From: an uncultured Phycisphaerales bacterium
GTDB lineage: Bacteria > Planctomycetota > Phycisphaerae > Tepidisphaerales > Tepidisphaeraceae
Reading direction: 5' to 3'
Assembly: GCA_963844715.1 (NCBI GenBank)
Contig: CAWJPJ010000005.1
Span: 1-64,000, forward strand
DNA length: 64,000 nucleotides
Shown here: in pieces, positions 1 through 12,884 of the stretch
Numbering within the stretch: position 1 is the stretch's first letter
Layout: the number at the start of each line of letters is the position of its first letter
Translations under genes and position numbers: made by a program
Notes under the pieces: model-generated
The model's input: only the letters and a program-made list of their open reading frames with translations
The model's database searches: none
What the model was told of the DNA's origin: nothing

Positions 1-487
1 GGTCCCGGGCGTGAAACTTGAATCCAGGTCGGTTGCCTGCTTTTCGATTCCCTCGACCAATTGCTCGGCCTGATCCGTGAGGTTCTTTTGCAGGCCTTGG
101 AGCATGTCGAGTTCTTTCAGATCGTCGGGCGTGTTGACGCGGTCGTTGATCCGATAGGGAACGCCGTAGAAGGTGAAAGGCAGGTAATCCGGCCCTGAAA
201 GCCATGGCCGATGATGAACTGCCTGATGGGGGCGATCACGCCGGTTTCGTAGGTGTTAAAGGGCATCTCCTCGGCGTCAGGGAGATCGAGCGGGCAGATG
301 TGATCCGCCGGCACTCCGCGGAGCTGGCATAGAGATTCGCCAGCTTCTGGCTGTCCGGGACGTTCTTGTTGGTAATCAGGAGAATTTGATCCGGTTCCAG
401 AGCCAGCAGGGGGGGTGCAAAAACAGTCAGGCAAAGGAGAAACGCCAGCAGCGACCACTTGGGCTGGAAGGGGGATTTGGGGCTCAC
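1..487 (-). CDS. TIGR03790-like exported protein, N-terminal part (runs off the window; frameshifted)
   Basis: Signal peptide ...LLALEPDQILLITNKNVPDSQKLA joins ..QLRGVPADHICPLDLP across two ORFs; GTG start at 487 preceded by TACCAT. Confidence 0.6.
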
Positions 488-579
488 CCTCGTATGGTAG
501 GCGGCTGGCCGCGGATTGGAAACAGGGGGACCCTTGCGGGGGTTAGCGGGAGGAGTAAAATCCCGGTGGCGGCGGATGG

Positions 580-2050
580 ATGGGGAGATCGGATCCATCG
601 GCGATGTTCGACAAATATGAGGTCAACGGCCTGTTCGACGAGATGTTCGTCACGTCGGACCAACCTCGGGCACATTACGCCCCGCTGGTCAGCCGCCTGA
701 AGGCCTCGGGGCACCCCGCATTCGAGCGCCGGCGGCGGATGACGGACGTTCTGTTTCGCAACCAGGGGATCACCTTTACCGTTTACAGCGACGCACGCGG
801 GGTGGAGAAGATTTTCCCTTTCGATCTGGTTCCCCGGATCGTTCCCGCCGGCGAATGGGAGACAATCGAGCGGGGGCTTATTCAGCGCATCACGGCTCTT
901 AATCTTTTCTGCCAGGACATTTATCACGGGCAGCGAATCCTCAAGGAAAAGATCATTCCCGCCGGAACTGATCTATGGGGCGAAGATGTTCCGGCGGGAA
1001 ATGTTCGGCGTGAACGTGCCGCGGGACATCTATATCCACATCTGCGGCACCGACCTCATCCGCGACAAGGATGGAAAATATTACGTGCTGGAAGATAACG
1101 GCCGAACGCCCAGCGGCGTGAGCTACGTGCTGGAAAACCGCAGCGTCATGAAGCGGGTTTTCCCGAGCCTGTTTAGCGAGTATCGCGTTAGAGCCATCGA
1201 GGATTATCCATATAACCTGCTTCAGTGCCTGCGGCACATCGCGCCGCATCACGCCGACGAGCCGGGCATCGCGATCCTGACGCCGGGCATCTACAACTCG
1301 GCTTACTTCGAGCATAGCTTCCTGGCCCGGCAAATGGGCATCGAACTCGTCGAGGGGCGCGACCTGCTCGTCGATAAGGGGTTTTTGTACATGCGGACGA
1401 CGGCCGGTTTGCGGCGCGTGGACGTGCTCTATCGCCGCGTGGATGACGACTTCCTCGATCCACTCTGTTTCCGGCCGGATAGCGTGCTGGGCGTGCCGGG
1501 GCTGATGAACGGCCTATCGTTGCGGGAATCTTGCCCTGGCGAATGCCGTGGGCACCGGGGTCGCCGACGATAAGGCGATTTATCCGTTCGTGCCGGACAT
1601 GATCAAGTTCTACCTCAGCCAGGAGGCGATACTTCCCAACGTGCCGACTTTCATCTGCGCGCGGGACGACGATCGAAAATATGTGCTGGAACATTTGCAC
1701 GAGTTGGTCGTCAAGAGCACCAACGAATCCGGCGGGTACGGCATGCTCATGGGCCATCAGGCGGACAAAGCAGAACGCGAAAAGTTCGCCGGCCAAGATC
1801 GCGGAAGATCCGCGGAACTTCATCGCCGCAGCCGGTGGTGGAGCTCAGTCAGCATCCCAGCCTGGTGGAGGATCATTTCGAGGGGCGGCGCGTGGACCTG
1901 CGGCCTTACATCGTTTATGGGCAAAAGGTGATCGTCATGCCCGGCGGGCTGACGCGCGTTGCGCTGCGGGAGGGAAGCCTGGTGGTGAATTCCAGCCAGG
2001 GGGGCGGCAGCAAGGATACCTGGGTGCTGGAAGAGGAGCCGATCGGATAA
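580..2050 (+). CDS. Circularly permuted type 2 ATP-grasp protein (several indels)
   Basis: Motifs [74 protein letters not shown] across ORFs 580-1098, 986-1573, 1548-1931, 1835-2050. Confidence 0.9.
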
Positions 2051-2140
2051 TCGCCCATGACCAGCCCGCACACAGGCACATCTTCGTCGTTTGCCACGAT
2101 CGGTTTCAGCGGCGACTCAACCCTGCGCGGGGCTGCGCCG

Positions 2141-3093
2141 ATGTTCGCGCGCGACGCCGATTCCATGTACTGGATGGCTCGATACGTCGAGCGGGCGGAA
2201 CACGTGGCGCGGCTGCTACTGGTCACTTCCACCGTGCTCATCGATATGGGCGAACTCGCCCCGGTGCTAATCGCCCGGCAATGGCAAAGCATTTTGACGA
2301 TTCTGCACCTGCCGGAAATTACCGAGGGGAACGGGAATCTGTCCGTTCGGGTGGCGCAATATCTCACGCTGGATCAGGATAATCCGAATAGCATGATCAG
2401 TTGCATCTCGCGGGCGCGGGAAAACGCGCGGGGAATCCGCGAAAATATCTCGGCCGAGATGTGGGAGAATTTGAACGCTCTCTACTGGTCGCTGCGCAGC
2501 GACGATGCCACGGCTCGATTTGAGGATTCGCCGGACAGCCTCTGGCGGTCGGTCATGACCGGGTCGATGCTTTTTCAGGGGTTGACCGATCAGACCCTGG
2601 CGCACGATCAGCGATGGCTGTTTGCGCAACTGGCCAAATATCTCGAGCGCATCGACGTCACCTGCCGGGTCATCGAGACTAAATTCAATTTCCTCAAATC
2701 CGCCGAGCAATTTCTGGAAAGCACGCTGCGCAATATCAACTGGATGGCGGTGCTGCGGAGTTGCTGCTCGATCGAGGCGTATCGGCGGTATTACCTCGGC
2801 GACATGGATCCGTTCCGCGTGGCGTCGTTTCTGATCCTGGAAAAGAATTTCCCGCGAAGCGTGAGATTTTGCGTGAGCGGGGGCGCTGGCGGCAATGGCG
2901 GCGATCCGCGGCAGCACGCGGCGGGGCGGCGATCGACCCGGCGGAGCGCATTCTGGGCCGTCTCGACGCCCATCTTGAATATGTGCAGATCGCGGACATC
3001 GTCGCCGACGGGTTACCCAATTTTCTCCAGCATATCCAAACCGCCATCAACGACGCGGCGCTGGCGGTTCAACAGTCTTATTTCCTGCAATGA
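2141..3093 (+). CDS. Alpha-E domain protein (DUF403), one indel near 2880
   Basis: MFARDADSMYWMARYVERAEHVAR, ARENARGIRE, second ER motif YLERID, FPRSV. Confidence 0.9.
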
Positions 3094-3097
3094 CACC

Positions 3098-4055
3098 ATG
3101 CTTTTAAAAATCACCCACCAGACCGATTTGATTTACTCCGACATGATCAGCGAATCGATCATGGAACTGCGCATGGTCCCCCGGCAGGAGCAGGACCAGC
3201 ACCGGCTCTCGTTCGATCTGGCGATTGGGCCCCCGACCAGCGTGAGCAGCTACTTCGATTGGCTGGGGAACACGGTACACACGTTTTCCGTGAACGGATT
3301 TCATAAGGAGATCCGGATTTTGGCGACGAGCGTGGTGGAAACGGATCGGCCGCGTAAGGAGCCGGAGCGGTTTCGCGATCGCTGGCCGATACCAAGCGAT
3401 TCGCTCGACTATTCGCTTTACGACTATCTGCAATTTGGCGGCCCGGTCGTGGATAGCCAGGAACTGCGCGAATTGGCGAAAATTCTGGGCGCCGCGGAGG
3501 GGATGCCGCTGGGGGAATTGGCGCTGCGCGTGCTGCATTTGATCGACGATAAATTCACGTACAAGAAGGGGATTACCAACGCCGCCAGTCCGATCACGGA
3601 GATGCTCAAGACCGGGTTCGGGGTTTGCCAGGATTTCACGCACCTGATGATCGGTTTGGCCCGGGAACTGAAAATTCCGGCCCGATACGTCAGCGGCCTG
3701 ATTCATCCGGGAGGCCAAAAGCTTGCGCGGAAACACGCAGACCCACGCCTGGTGCGAACTTTTCTTCCCGTCGGCGGGTTGGATCGGATTCGATCCGGCG
3801 AACCGATGTCTGGTCGGTGGGAATTTTGTGAAGGTTGCCTGCGGGCGCGATTTCCGGGACGTGCCGCCGAATCGCGGGGTTTATCGCGGGAACGCGGCGG
3901 AAATGATCGACGTTGCGGTCCGGAGCGATGAACTGTCGAATATTCCGTCGGAACTGGCGGCGGAGCGATTGCAGTCGCTGGACGTGCCGACCTATCCGCC
4001 GGGCTATACCGGACATCGCGAGGCGGCGAATCAGCAGGAACATCAGCAGCAGTAA
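3098..4055 (+). CDS. Transglutaminase-like protein (Bact_transglu_N plus core), indel near 3725
   Basis: Catalytic GVCQDF (Cys), THAWCE (His), FDPAN (Asp), GRDFRDVPPNRG; ends NQQEHQQQ. Confidence 0.9.
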
Positions 4056-4104
4056 GCCGGGATCATTCCTGCGCAAAAGCCAGGTGCTGTTGGAACCGGC
4101 AACG

Positions 4105-4404
4105 CTACGGGACCAGGCTGAGAATTTCGCGCCATCCGGATTCGATCAGGGGGACGACCTTGTTGTAGAGAGTGCGCCATTGCGGATCGGCCATCCCCTG
4201 GCGCATTTCAGCTTCCCACTTGCTGACCGATTCGAATTCGGATTCCAAGACCAGCGTGTAATACTGCCCGCCGGCGAAATCGGTGAGGAGGCGGGCCTTG
4301 CCGTAGCCGGAATTCGGCTGGAGTTGGGAAAGCTGCTTCATGATGGAGATCGCTTCCTCGGACTGCCCGAATTTGAGTTGGAAAATGTCCCGAACGACAA
4401 TCAT
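4105..4404 (-). CDS. Small NIPSNAP-like/dimeric alpha-beta barrel hypothetical protein
   Basis: MIVVRDIFQLKFG...RLLTDFAG..YTLVLESEF...SGWREI; AAGGAG RBS. Confidence 0.6.
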   Translation of the reverse strand: MIVVRDIFQLKFGQSEEAISIMKQLSQLQPNSGYGKARLLTDFAGGQYYTLVLESEFESVSKWEAEMRQGMADPQWRTLYNKVVPLIESGWREILSLVP

Positions 4405-4506
4405 GACTTGCTCCTTTGGTTCTCCGCGATAGGGTACGGAAATCATCGAAAAACGGGCGAAGCGAGTCAATGGAAATCCGGAATCCGCTGCCGAAGCATG
4501 CGGGAA

Positions 4507-5580
4507 CTAGGCGAGTACCTCTTGAAAATAATTGAGATAATCGGCGGCGATCTTATTCCGCTGCTGAAATTCCTTCGCTCGGCGCAGCGCCGCGGCCTCG
4601 TTGCGCCGGCGCAGTTCGGGGTCGGTGAGGATGGCGATCATATGCTTCGCCAATTGTTCCGTGTCGTGGTTCGGATAGGTCGGGCAATAGCCGTTGAGGA
4701 CCTCGCCCAGTCCACCCAATGACGACCCGATGACGCATTTACCGCATGCCATCGCCTCGGCCGCGACAATTCCCATCGGCTCAATCCATTTGGAAGGCAC
4801 GATCACGACCGCCGCCGAATTCATTGCCCGCACCAATTCCTCTCCCCGCAGAAAGGGAAGCCAGCGCAATTGATTGTCCAATTGCAGCCTGGCGGCGTGT
4901 TCCTGAAACTTTTCCAGGTACCACCCTTCGCCGTAAAGGTCCAGGGTGAATCGGTGACCTTTGGTGTTGCAAAGTTGCAGGGCGTCGAGGAGATCGGTTA
5001 CTCCCTTCTCGAAACTCATTCGCCCGAAATACGCGAAATCGGCGGTGGGCGCCGCGCCGGGAAGGGGGCGAAAACAATCGTCGATGGGATTATAAATCGC
5101 GATGCCGCCCGAAATACCCACCACTTGGCGGATGTATTGGGTGATGAAGACATTTCCAGCCGCGCGGCGAAGCAAGGCCCGGCGCGACGAGAGCCGAAAT
5201 CGCCGCCTCATGCTTTCGATCGCCGAAACGTCTTCGCCCGTCGGGTCCTGCCCGAGGAAGAGCTGATGGATGAAGACGATCGGCTTCCGCCGCCAGACCC
5301 ACAGAGGCCAGTACTTCAAACTCACGCAGTTGCAGACGATCAAATCGGTCTGGTCCAGGATCGGCTTCCATTGTCGCCGGACCTCCTTCATGGCGTTGGA
5401 GAGGCGGACGACGGGAAAGCTGAATTGGCGGTCAAATTCCGGATGGTTTTCCAGCGGCGTTCGCGTCACCACGGTGGTCTGGTGGCCCATTTCCGTCCAG
5501 GTCGAGGCGAGCGTTGCGCTGACGACTTGAACGCCGCCGACGCAGGGAAGGAATTGATAGGAGAAGAGGCAGATTCGCAT
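4507..5580 (-). CDS. Glycosyltransferase family 4
   Basis: FLPCVGGV, GRMSFEKG, EPMGIVAAEAMACG (EX7E). Confidence 0.9.
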   Translation of the reverse strand: MRICLFSYQFLPCVGGVQVVSATLASTWTEMGHQTTVVTRTPLENHPEFDRQFSFPVVRLSNAMKEVRRQWKPILDQTDLIVCNCVSLKYWPLWVWRRKPIVFIHQLFLGQDPTGEDVSAIESMRRRFRLSSRRALLRRAAGNVFITQYIRQVVGISGGIAIYNPIDDCFRPLPGAAPTADFAYFGRMSFEKGVTDLLDALQLCNTKGHRFTLDLYGEGWYLEKFQEHAARLQLDNQLRWLPFLRGEELVRAMNSAAVVIVPSKWIEPMGIVAAEAMACGKCVIGSSLGGLGEVLNGYCPTYPNHDTEQLAKHMIAILTDPELRRRNEAAALRRAKEFQQRNKIAADYLNYFQEVLA

Positions 5581-5640
5581 CCAAACGGCAATTATTGAAC
5601 CTCATGGCCGAATGTGCAAACGGCTGATCATCGGCACGAA

Positions 5641-6712
5641 TCAGCCCGTTACTTTTCGAAAATAATTGAGGTAGACGGCGGCAATTTCGTCGAGCCGCTG
5701 ATAGTCCTTCGCGCGTCGCAATGCCGCGGCTTCGTATCGCTTGCGCAAATCGGGATCGGTCATGACGGCGATCATCTGAAGGGCCAATTGTTCGATGCCA
5801 TGGTTCGGATAGGTCGGGCAATAACCCTGAAGAACTTCTCCTAACCCGCCGCCGGAGGAGCCGATGACGCACTTCCCGCACGCCATGGCTTCAACCGCCG
5901 TGATTCCCATGGGTTCGATCCATTTCGAGGGCATGACGACCACCGCCGCCGAGTTCATCGCCCGCACCAGATCGTCGCCGCGCACGAAGGGTTTCCATCG
6001 CACCTGCCCGTCCAATTGCAATTGGACGGCGTGGTCCTGGAAATCCTTGATCATGTGGCCGTCGCCGTAGAGATCGAGCGTGAACCGATGCCCCTTGGTA
6101 TTGCAGAGGTGCAGGGCGTCGAGCAGATCGGTGACCCCTTTTTCGAAACTCATGCGGCCGAAGTAGGCGAAATCGCTGGTGAGCTGGACATCCGAGAGCG
6201 GAAGGAACATTTCATCGATGGGATTGTTAATGACCGCGCCGTCGGGAAAGCCGACACATTGCCGGATGTAATCGGTGATAAACACATTCCCCGCCGCGCG
6301 GCGGATGATCGCTCCGCGCATCCAGAGGCGAAGCGCCCGAACGAATCCTCTCCCGCACGGGCTGTTCCCTGGTCGGCTCCTGCCCCAGAAAAAGGTGATG
6401 CACGAAGACGATCTTTTTTCGGCGTAAAAACCAGATCGGCCAATATGTCAGGCTCACGTTATGGCAGACGATCAAGTCGGTTTGGTCGAGGATCGGCTTC
6501 CACCGGCGTTTGGCCTGCGGCTTATCGGGGCTGAGGCGCACGACGGGATAGGGGAGTCTGCGGTCGTAATCGGGGTCCGGGTCGGGGGGAGTGCGGGTGA
6601 CCATGACGACTTCATGGCCCGCCGCCTTCCACGCCGCCGCCAGCATGGCGCTGACGACCTGCACGCCCCCGACGACGGGAAGGAATTCGTAGGTGAATAC
6701 GCAAATCCGCAT
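5641..6712 (-). CDS. Glycosyltransferase family 4, paralog of 4507-5580 (indel near 6330)
   Basis: ORFs 6227-6712 and 5641-6321; EPMGITAVEAMACG. Confidence 0.85.
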
Positions 6713-8872
6713 TACTGATTCGCCGGGGGCTGGAAATCGGGCTCGCCAAATTGCCAGAGGAAGAAGGATTCGACATCGGCGCTTTTCTCATCCCGTTGTT
6801 TTTTGGAAGCGCCGATTCCGTGGCCGTTGCTGTAATCGATGCGCAGGAGGACGGGCCTGCCGCTGCTGGTGGCGGCCTGGAGGCGGGCGGCGAATTTGAT
6901 GGGCTGCCAGGGAATGACGCGCGGGTCCTGCATGCCGGTGACCACGAGTACGCCCGGATAAGCGACGCCGTCGCGGATGTGCAGATACGAATCCATGGCA
7001 TAGAGGTCTTCGAAACCTTCGAGGGTCGTCGCGGTTCCAAATTCGGGGACGTTGGGCGCCCCGTTGGGCGAAAGCTCGGCGCGTACCGTATTCATCACGC
7101 CGACTTCCGGGCACGCCGCCGCGAAGAGGTCGGGGCGCTCGGTGATCGATCGCCCAACGGTAATTCCGCCGGCGGAGCCGCCCCAGAGCGCGAGTTTTTT
7201 CGGCGAAGTGTATTTCTGATCGATCAGATACTGGCGCAGGCGATCACATCGCGCCAGGTGTTCGGCTTGGTCAGTTTGTAACCGGCCTGATACCAGTCCT
7301 CACCTCTTTCGCCCCCGCCGCGCGACGTGCGCCACCGCCATCACGCCGCCGCGGCGAAACCAGGCCAGCCGGCGCGGGTTGAATCCAGGATCTTCCGTGA
7401 TTCCATACGCCCCGTAGGCCCAGATATAGGTCGGCCGGTTCCCGTCGCGCGGGGCATTTTTCGCATAAACGATCGAGAGCGGGACCTGCGCCCCGTCATA
7501 ACTCGTCACGTTTACTTCTTCCGAAACCAGATCGTCCGGCTGATCGTACGGCCCGGCGGGTTGCAGATCGGTCTGAAGAACGTGATCCGTCGCAGGATCA
7601 TATGTGCAAATCACGCCGGCGTGAGTCCAGGCTTGCAGGGTCAGCACGATTCCCGGGACATCCGCCTCCGTCGGGTAGATGCCCAGCGATCCCTCAAACG
7701 GAAGCTTGAGCGTCTCTTGTTTTGAATCGAACGGAATGCGCAGCAACTCGAAAAGCTGCGCCGTCGAGATCATGCACGTAAAGAGCGTCGGCGGCAATCG
7801 TGAATCCGTGCACCACCGCATCCGCCTCCGGAAGGATCGTCTGTGCATTGGCGACATCCGGTTGCGCCAAGCTCGTTTTCACAATTTTAAACCGCGACGC
7901 GTCGTGATGGCTAATCAAATACAGGGCGTCGCCATGCATCTCCATACCTGTGATGCCGGCGTCGGCATCGCAAATCTTCGTCCACACCCCTTGCCCGTGA
8001 ATCACCGAGACCAACGTCGCCGCATACGCCTCGATCTCCCGTCTGGTTCCGCGCTGAACTTCGGCGAGTACATAATCCGAACCCGGCCGGGCGACGACGA
8101 CCGGGCCGTCGATCGGATCCAGCGTAATCCGCTTGTTCACGCCGGCTCCGAAGACCGCAAGATCGGCGTCCGGCGATTGGCCCGCAAAGTGCAAATAAAC
8201 GATCGAATTCTTTTCCAGGTCGAGCGGGGAGGATTTCGGGCCGAGCTTTTGTAGGCGGGTGAAGAAGAAGGACTGGTTGTCGGGGGTCCAGCTCACGTCT
8301 CCGTCCCACACCCGGTCGATGGGTTCGCCGACGTCTTTCCCGGCCGCGACATCCAGAACGCGCAGGGAGCCGATCTCGTGCCCCGCCAGTGAAACGACGT
8401 AGGCCACATATTTTCCATCGTGTGATGGAACGAAGGAATTGATCGCGGCGGGCTCGCCGTGCGGGCCTTTGAATTTGTCCGTGTCGACCAGCAGGGTTTC
8501 TTGCCCGTCCAGTCCCTGGCGAACGTAGAGCTTGGCCAGATTCCCCTCGGCCAGCGTCTTCAAATAAAAGTATCGATCGCCGGCGATTCGCCAGACGTCA
8601 AAGACGGATGCGGGGGCGGCGTTGCCGTATTTTTGAATGTCGGCGAGCAAAGCGGCGCGGCCGGGGAGGGAATCGAGGGTCTGCCGCGTGTAATCCGCCT
8701 GCGATTTGACCCATGCCTGCACGGTGGGGTCGTCGAGCTTTTCCAGATTGCGGTATGGATCGACGATCTTGGTGCCGAAATAATCATCGGTTGCCGGTCC
8801 CATGGGAGCGGGGGGCGGAGCCGCGCCGGCAGTTAGCGCGCAGGCGGCCATAAGCAGCAGCAATTGCTTCAT
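6712..8872 (-). CDS. Secreted prolyl oligopeptidase (S9A), frameshifted
   Basis: Signal peptide MKQLLLL, DPYRNLE, SYDGAQVP, AYGAYG, WGGSAGG nucleophile near 7165-7185, QDPRV, GHG. Confidence 0.9.
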
Positions 8873-8953
8873 GCAATTCAGCTTCGCCGAGCCACGCGTC
8901 CAAATCAAGTCGCGCTGGAATCGCCTGTTTAAAACCCGTAATCTCAGCGGCGG

Positions 8954-10614
8954 ATGAATTTACAGGCCGGTGAAGCCCACAACAGAGAGGCCAACGCGCA
9001 TCGCGCCGCCGGGCGGCGCCGCGAGGCGATCGAGGCTTTCCGCGCCGGGATCGATGCCGCTCCGGATTACGCACCAAATTATTGCCACCTGGCGGAGGTT
9101 CTCTTTGAGTCGGGACAGGTGGTGGAAGCGCTGGCGGCATGCCGGCAGGCGCTGCAGGTGCGCCCGGATTATGCGGAAGGATGGTACAGCCTCGGCATCA
9201 TTCTCGGGTCAAAAAAGGAATTGGAAGAGGCGGCGGAGTGCTACAAAAAAGCGATCGCGCTGCGTCCGGATTTTGCCGCGGCGCACAACAACCTGGGCAA
9301 TATCTTCAAGATGCTCGGACAAATTGCCGACTCGTGCCGCGCGTATCAGAGCGCTCTGGCCGCCAATCCCAATTTTGAGATTGCGCACAGTAACTACATT
9401 ATGACGCTGCTTTATCTGGAAGAATTCGACGCGCCGCGGATTCTGGCGGAAATGAAACGGTGGGACCAGCTCCACGCCGCGTCTCTGGCAGCTTCCATCG
9501 CCGAACATACGAACGATCCCGCGCCTGAACGGCGGCTGCGCCATCGGGTACGTCTCGTCGAATTTCTGCGATCATCTTCTGGCGCGAAATCTCCTTCCGC
9601 TGTTCCGGCATCACGATCACGCGCAGTTTGAGATATTTCATTACGCCAGCGTTCGCAAACCCGACCGGTTTACGGATCGATGCCGTCGCACGGCGGACGT
9701 GTGGCGAGACATCCTCGCATTGGACGACGAAGCCGCGGCCCGGAGCATTCGCGATGACAAGATCGATCTCCTCATCGACTTGGCGGGTCATATGGGGGAA
9801 ACGCGGCTGTCGATTTTTGCGCAAGCCGGCGCCGGTCCAAATCACCTTCGGCGGTTATCCCGGCGGGACCGGGCTGGCAACGATGGATGTTCACATTACC
9901 GACCCGTATCTCGATCCCCCCGGCCTGAATGAAAGCCAATACGTTGAGCGCCTCTTCCGGCTCAAACGAAGCTGGTGGTGTTATGACTTTGGTGAGATGG
10001 ACGTGACCGACCTGGTCGGCCCGCTCCCCGCGAACAACGCCGGTTACGTCACGTTCGGCTGTCTGAACAGTTTTATGAAGATTTCAGACAAGACCCTCAG
10101 CCAGTGGAAAGCTTTGCTTGGCGAGGTTCCCAATTCGCGGCTCCTTTTGATTACTCCGCCGGGGACGCAGGCGCCGCGCGTGCTTCAAATGCTCGGGGCA
10201 GGCACGGAGCGAGTTCGATTCGTCAGCAGCAGGCCGCGCCCAGCGTATCTGAAACTCTTCCACGAGATCGATATTTACCTCGACACGCTACCCTATAACG
10301 CCCACACCAGCGCGATGGATGCGCTGAGCATGGGGGTGCCGGTCGTGACGCAATGTGGCTCGACCGCCGTCGGGCGAGCGGGAGTCAGCATTCTTACCAA
10401 TCTCGGTTTGACGCAGCTCATCGCCAACAGCGACACGGAGTACATTCAGATTGCGAAGGATCTGGCGAATGATCTTCCGAAATTGGCGGAATTGCAGCAA
10501 AGCATTCGGCCGCGAATGTTGAATAGCCCGCTATGCGATGGTCCGGGATTCGCGCGAGACGTTGAGGACGCTTACCGCGAGATTTGGCGGCAATGGTGCA
10601 AGACGCAGAAGTAG
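8954..10614 (+). CDS. TPR plus GT41 (SPINDLY/OGT-like) glycosyltransferase, frameshifted
   Basis: TPRs (AHNNLGN), DKIDLLIDLAGH, KPAPVQI..GYPGGTG, TFGCLN, DTLPYNAHTS. Confidence 0.85.
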
Positions 10615-10623
10615 CGTGATCGA

Positions 10624-11625
10624 TTAACGCCCGACGGCGGCCATGCCGCCGGGCTGGTATCTCTCGCCTGCGGCTGCGCCGGCTGGAACATGCCGATCAA
10701 TTTCCGCCAGCTCGTCGGCTGAAAGGTTGATTCGGGCCGCGGCGGCGTTTTCTTCCAGATAATTCATCTTCTTGGTTCCGGGAATCGGCACAATGTCGGG
10801 CCCCTGCGCCAAAAGCCAGGCGAGAGCCAACTGGGATGGCTTACAGTTCTTCTTCGCCGCCAATTGCTCGATGCGCGAGACCAGGTCCAGATTCTTTTGG
10901 AAATTCTCATCCTGGAATCTGGGAAATATGAAGCGGCGGTCGCCTTTGATCAGGTCGTCCGGTTTGCGAATTTTTCCGGTCAGAAATCCGCGCCCCAGCG
11001 GGCTGTAGGGCACGAAGCCGATGCCTAGTTCCCGGCACGTCGGCAGAACCTCCTTCTCCACGTCCCGAGTCCACAGGGAATACTCCGTCTGCAAAGCCGC
11101 GATGGGATGTACCTCCGCGGCCCGGCGGATGGTTCCCGCGCCGGCCTCTGAAAGCCCGAGGTATCTCACCTTTCCCATTTTCACTAATTCCGCCATTGCG
11201 CCGACGGTTTCTTCGATGGGCGTGTTCGGGTCGACCCGGTGCTGGTAATAAAGATCGATGGTTTCGACGCCAAGGCGCTTTAGGCTGGCATCGCAAGCCT
11301 GGTGGACATATTCCGGCTTGCCGTTGACGCCGATGAAGCTCGCGTCGGCATTGCGGACATTGCCGAATTTTGTGGCGAGGATGACGTCTTTTCGTCTGTC
11401 GCGGATGGCCCGGCCGACCAGTTCTTCGTTGCGGCCCATCCCGTATACATCCGCCGTGTCCAGGAAATTGATCCCCAGGTCGATCGACCGGTGAATGACC
11501 CGAAGGGATTGATCATCGTCCGGCGTTCCGTAAAACTCGCTCATTCCCATGCAGCCCAGGCCGATGGCGCTGACGGTGAGGCCCGATTTGCCCAGAACCC
11601 GGCGGGGATAGTCGTTGGCATTCAT
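10624..11625 (-). CDS. Aldo/keto reductase
   Basis: [41 protein letters not shown]. Confidence 0.95.
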   Translation of the reverse strand: MNANDYPRRVLGKSGLTVSAIGLGCMGMSEFYGTPDDDQSLRVIHRSIDLGINFLDTADVYGMGRNEELVGRAIRDRRKDVILATKFGNVRNADASFIGVNGKPEYVHQACDASLKRLGVETIDLYYQHRVDPNTPIEETVGAMAELVKMGKVRYLGLSEAGAGTIRRAAEVHPIAALQTEYSLWTRDVEKEVLPTCRELGIGFVPYSPLGRGFLTGKIRKPDDLIKGDRRFIFPRFQDENFQKNLDLVSRIEQLAAKKNCKPSQLALAWLLAQGPDIVPIPGTKKMNYLEENAAAARINLSADELAEIDRHVPAGAAAGERYQPGGMAAVGR

Positions 11626-11732
11626 TATTTGGAGGCCTTTTATAAAGGTTTTCCGATTGTAGGGTATATAAAATCGCCGTGGATCGGGCCCCGGAAACGC
11701 TAAGATTCGTGTAACTTTGAGGAAAATAGCGC

Positions 11733-12269
11733 GTGTCTGACAATGAAGAGACAAATCCAGTGACCGAGGCTTCTTCAGAGGAGCTCTTTGAAAGGGCGGT
11801 TCAGCAGCATTCGCGGCGAATGCTGGCGGTGGCGCGGGCGATTGTAGGAAATCGCGCTTCACCGGAAGATGTGGTACAGCAGGCATTTATGAACCTGTAC
11901 CAGCATCGGCACCGCTATGACTGGCGTCAGCCGGGTGGTTTGGTCCGGCGAACGGTGGTCAACGAGGCTCTGAGGGTTTTGAGACAGCCGCACATGTCGG
12001 TTTTGGCGGAGGAGACGGCAGACGAAGGGTCAGGACAGTCGCCCGGCAAAAGATTGATGGAAAGCGAGACCATTATTCAGGTCCGCAAAGCCATCAACCG
12101 ATTACCTGAGAATTTCCGGGCGGCACTGGTTCTCTGCGAGTACGAGAAAATGCCTTATGCTCAAATCGCGGAAACACTCGATGCCAGCATCCCCCAGGTC
12201 AAAACCTGGATTCATCGCGCCCGACGACAATTGGCGGAGATGTTAAAGGAATACGTCAACCAGGAATGA
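11733..12269 (+). CDS. ECF RNA polymerase sigma factor
   Basis: Region 2 EDVVQQAF; region 4 [28 protein letters not shown]. Confidence 0.9.
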   Translation: MSDNEETNPVTEASSEELFERAVQQHSRRMLAVARAIVGNRASPEDVVQQAFMNLYQHRHRYDWRQPGGLVRRTVVNEALRVLRQPHMSVLAEETADEGSGQSPGKRLMESETIIQVRKAINRLPENFRAALVLCEYEKMPYAQIAETLDASIPQVKTWIHRARRQLAEMLKEYVNQE

Positions 12270-12277
12270 GGCGGATC

Positions 12278-12884
12278 ATGGCTGTAAACGATAACGACGT
12301 AGAACTGCTGGATTCGTATCTCGACGGCGAACTGGCGATGAGCGAATGCGAAGGGCTCTGGAGGCGCCTGGCGGTGGAGGCGGATCTCTCCGCCGAACTG
12401 GATCGCCTGCGTGCCGACGCCGCCGTACGCCAGATCGTTTATTCCAGCCTTGAACCCGCCGACGAAATTCTCGCCCAACTGCAACGAAGTATCATCAAGA
12501 ACGCACACAAGGAATCTTTACGCTCGCGGTACAACCGCGTCGTACAGCGCCATCGGCACCATCGCGGCCTGTTTGCTTTTCGGGTTTGGGATCGGTTGGT
12601 GGGGCCACACGCAATATCCGATGTTCGCCCATGGCTGGCTCAACGGCTCGGCCGGAAGCGGCTCGATGGCGGGCATGAGTCTTGGCCTGCCAACCGCGGC
12701 TCCCGCGGCGCCGCAGGGGAAATTCCTGGTGAAGATCCGCGACGGCTCCGGACAGGTGATCGCGACACAGCAATTCAACACCTTTGACGAAGCCAAGCAA
12801 TTTGTAGAGGACTTCGCCAAGGCCCAATCCTCGCGGAGCGCAGCGCACGAGACGCCCGTCGCCCCCGTCAGTGATAAATTTTGA
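12278..12884 (+). CDS. Transmembrane anti-sigma factor (indel near 12545)
   Basis: LLDSYLDGEL N-terminus, single TM (IAACLLFGFGIGWW), directly after the ECF gene. Confidence 0.75.

Noticed and set aside
2057..3931. Apparent 624-aa alpha-E/transglutaminase fusion ORF
   Set aside because: Artefact of an indel near 2880; the true alpha-E C-terminus is in another frame ending at 3093 and the transglutaminase starts at 3098
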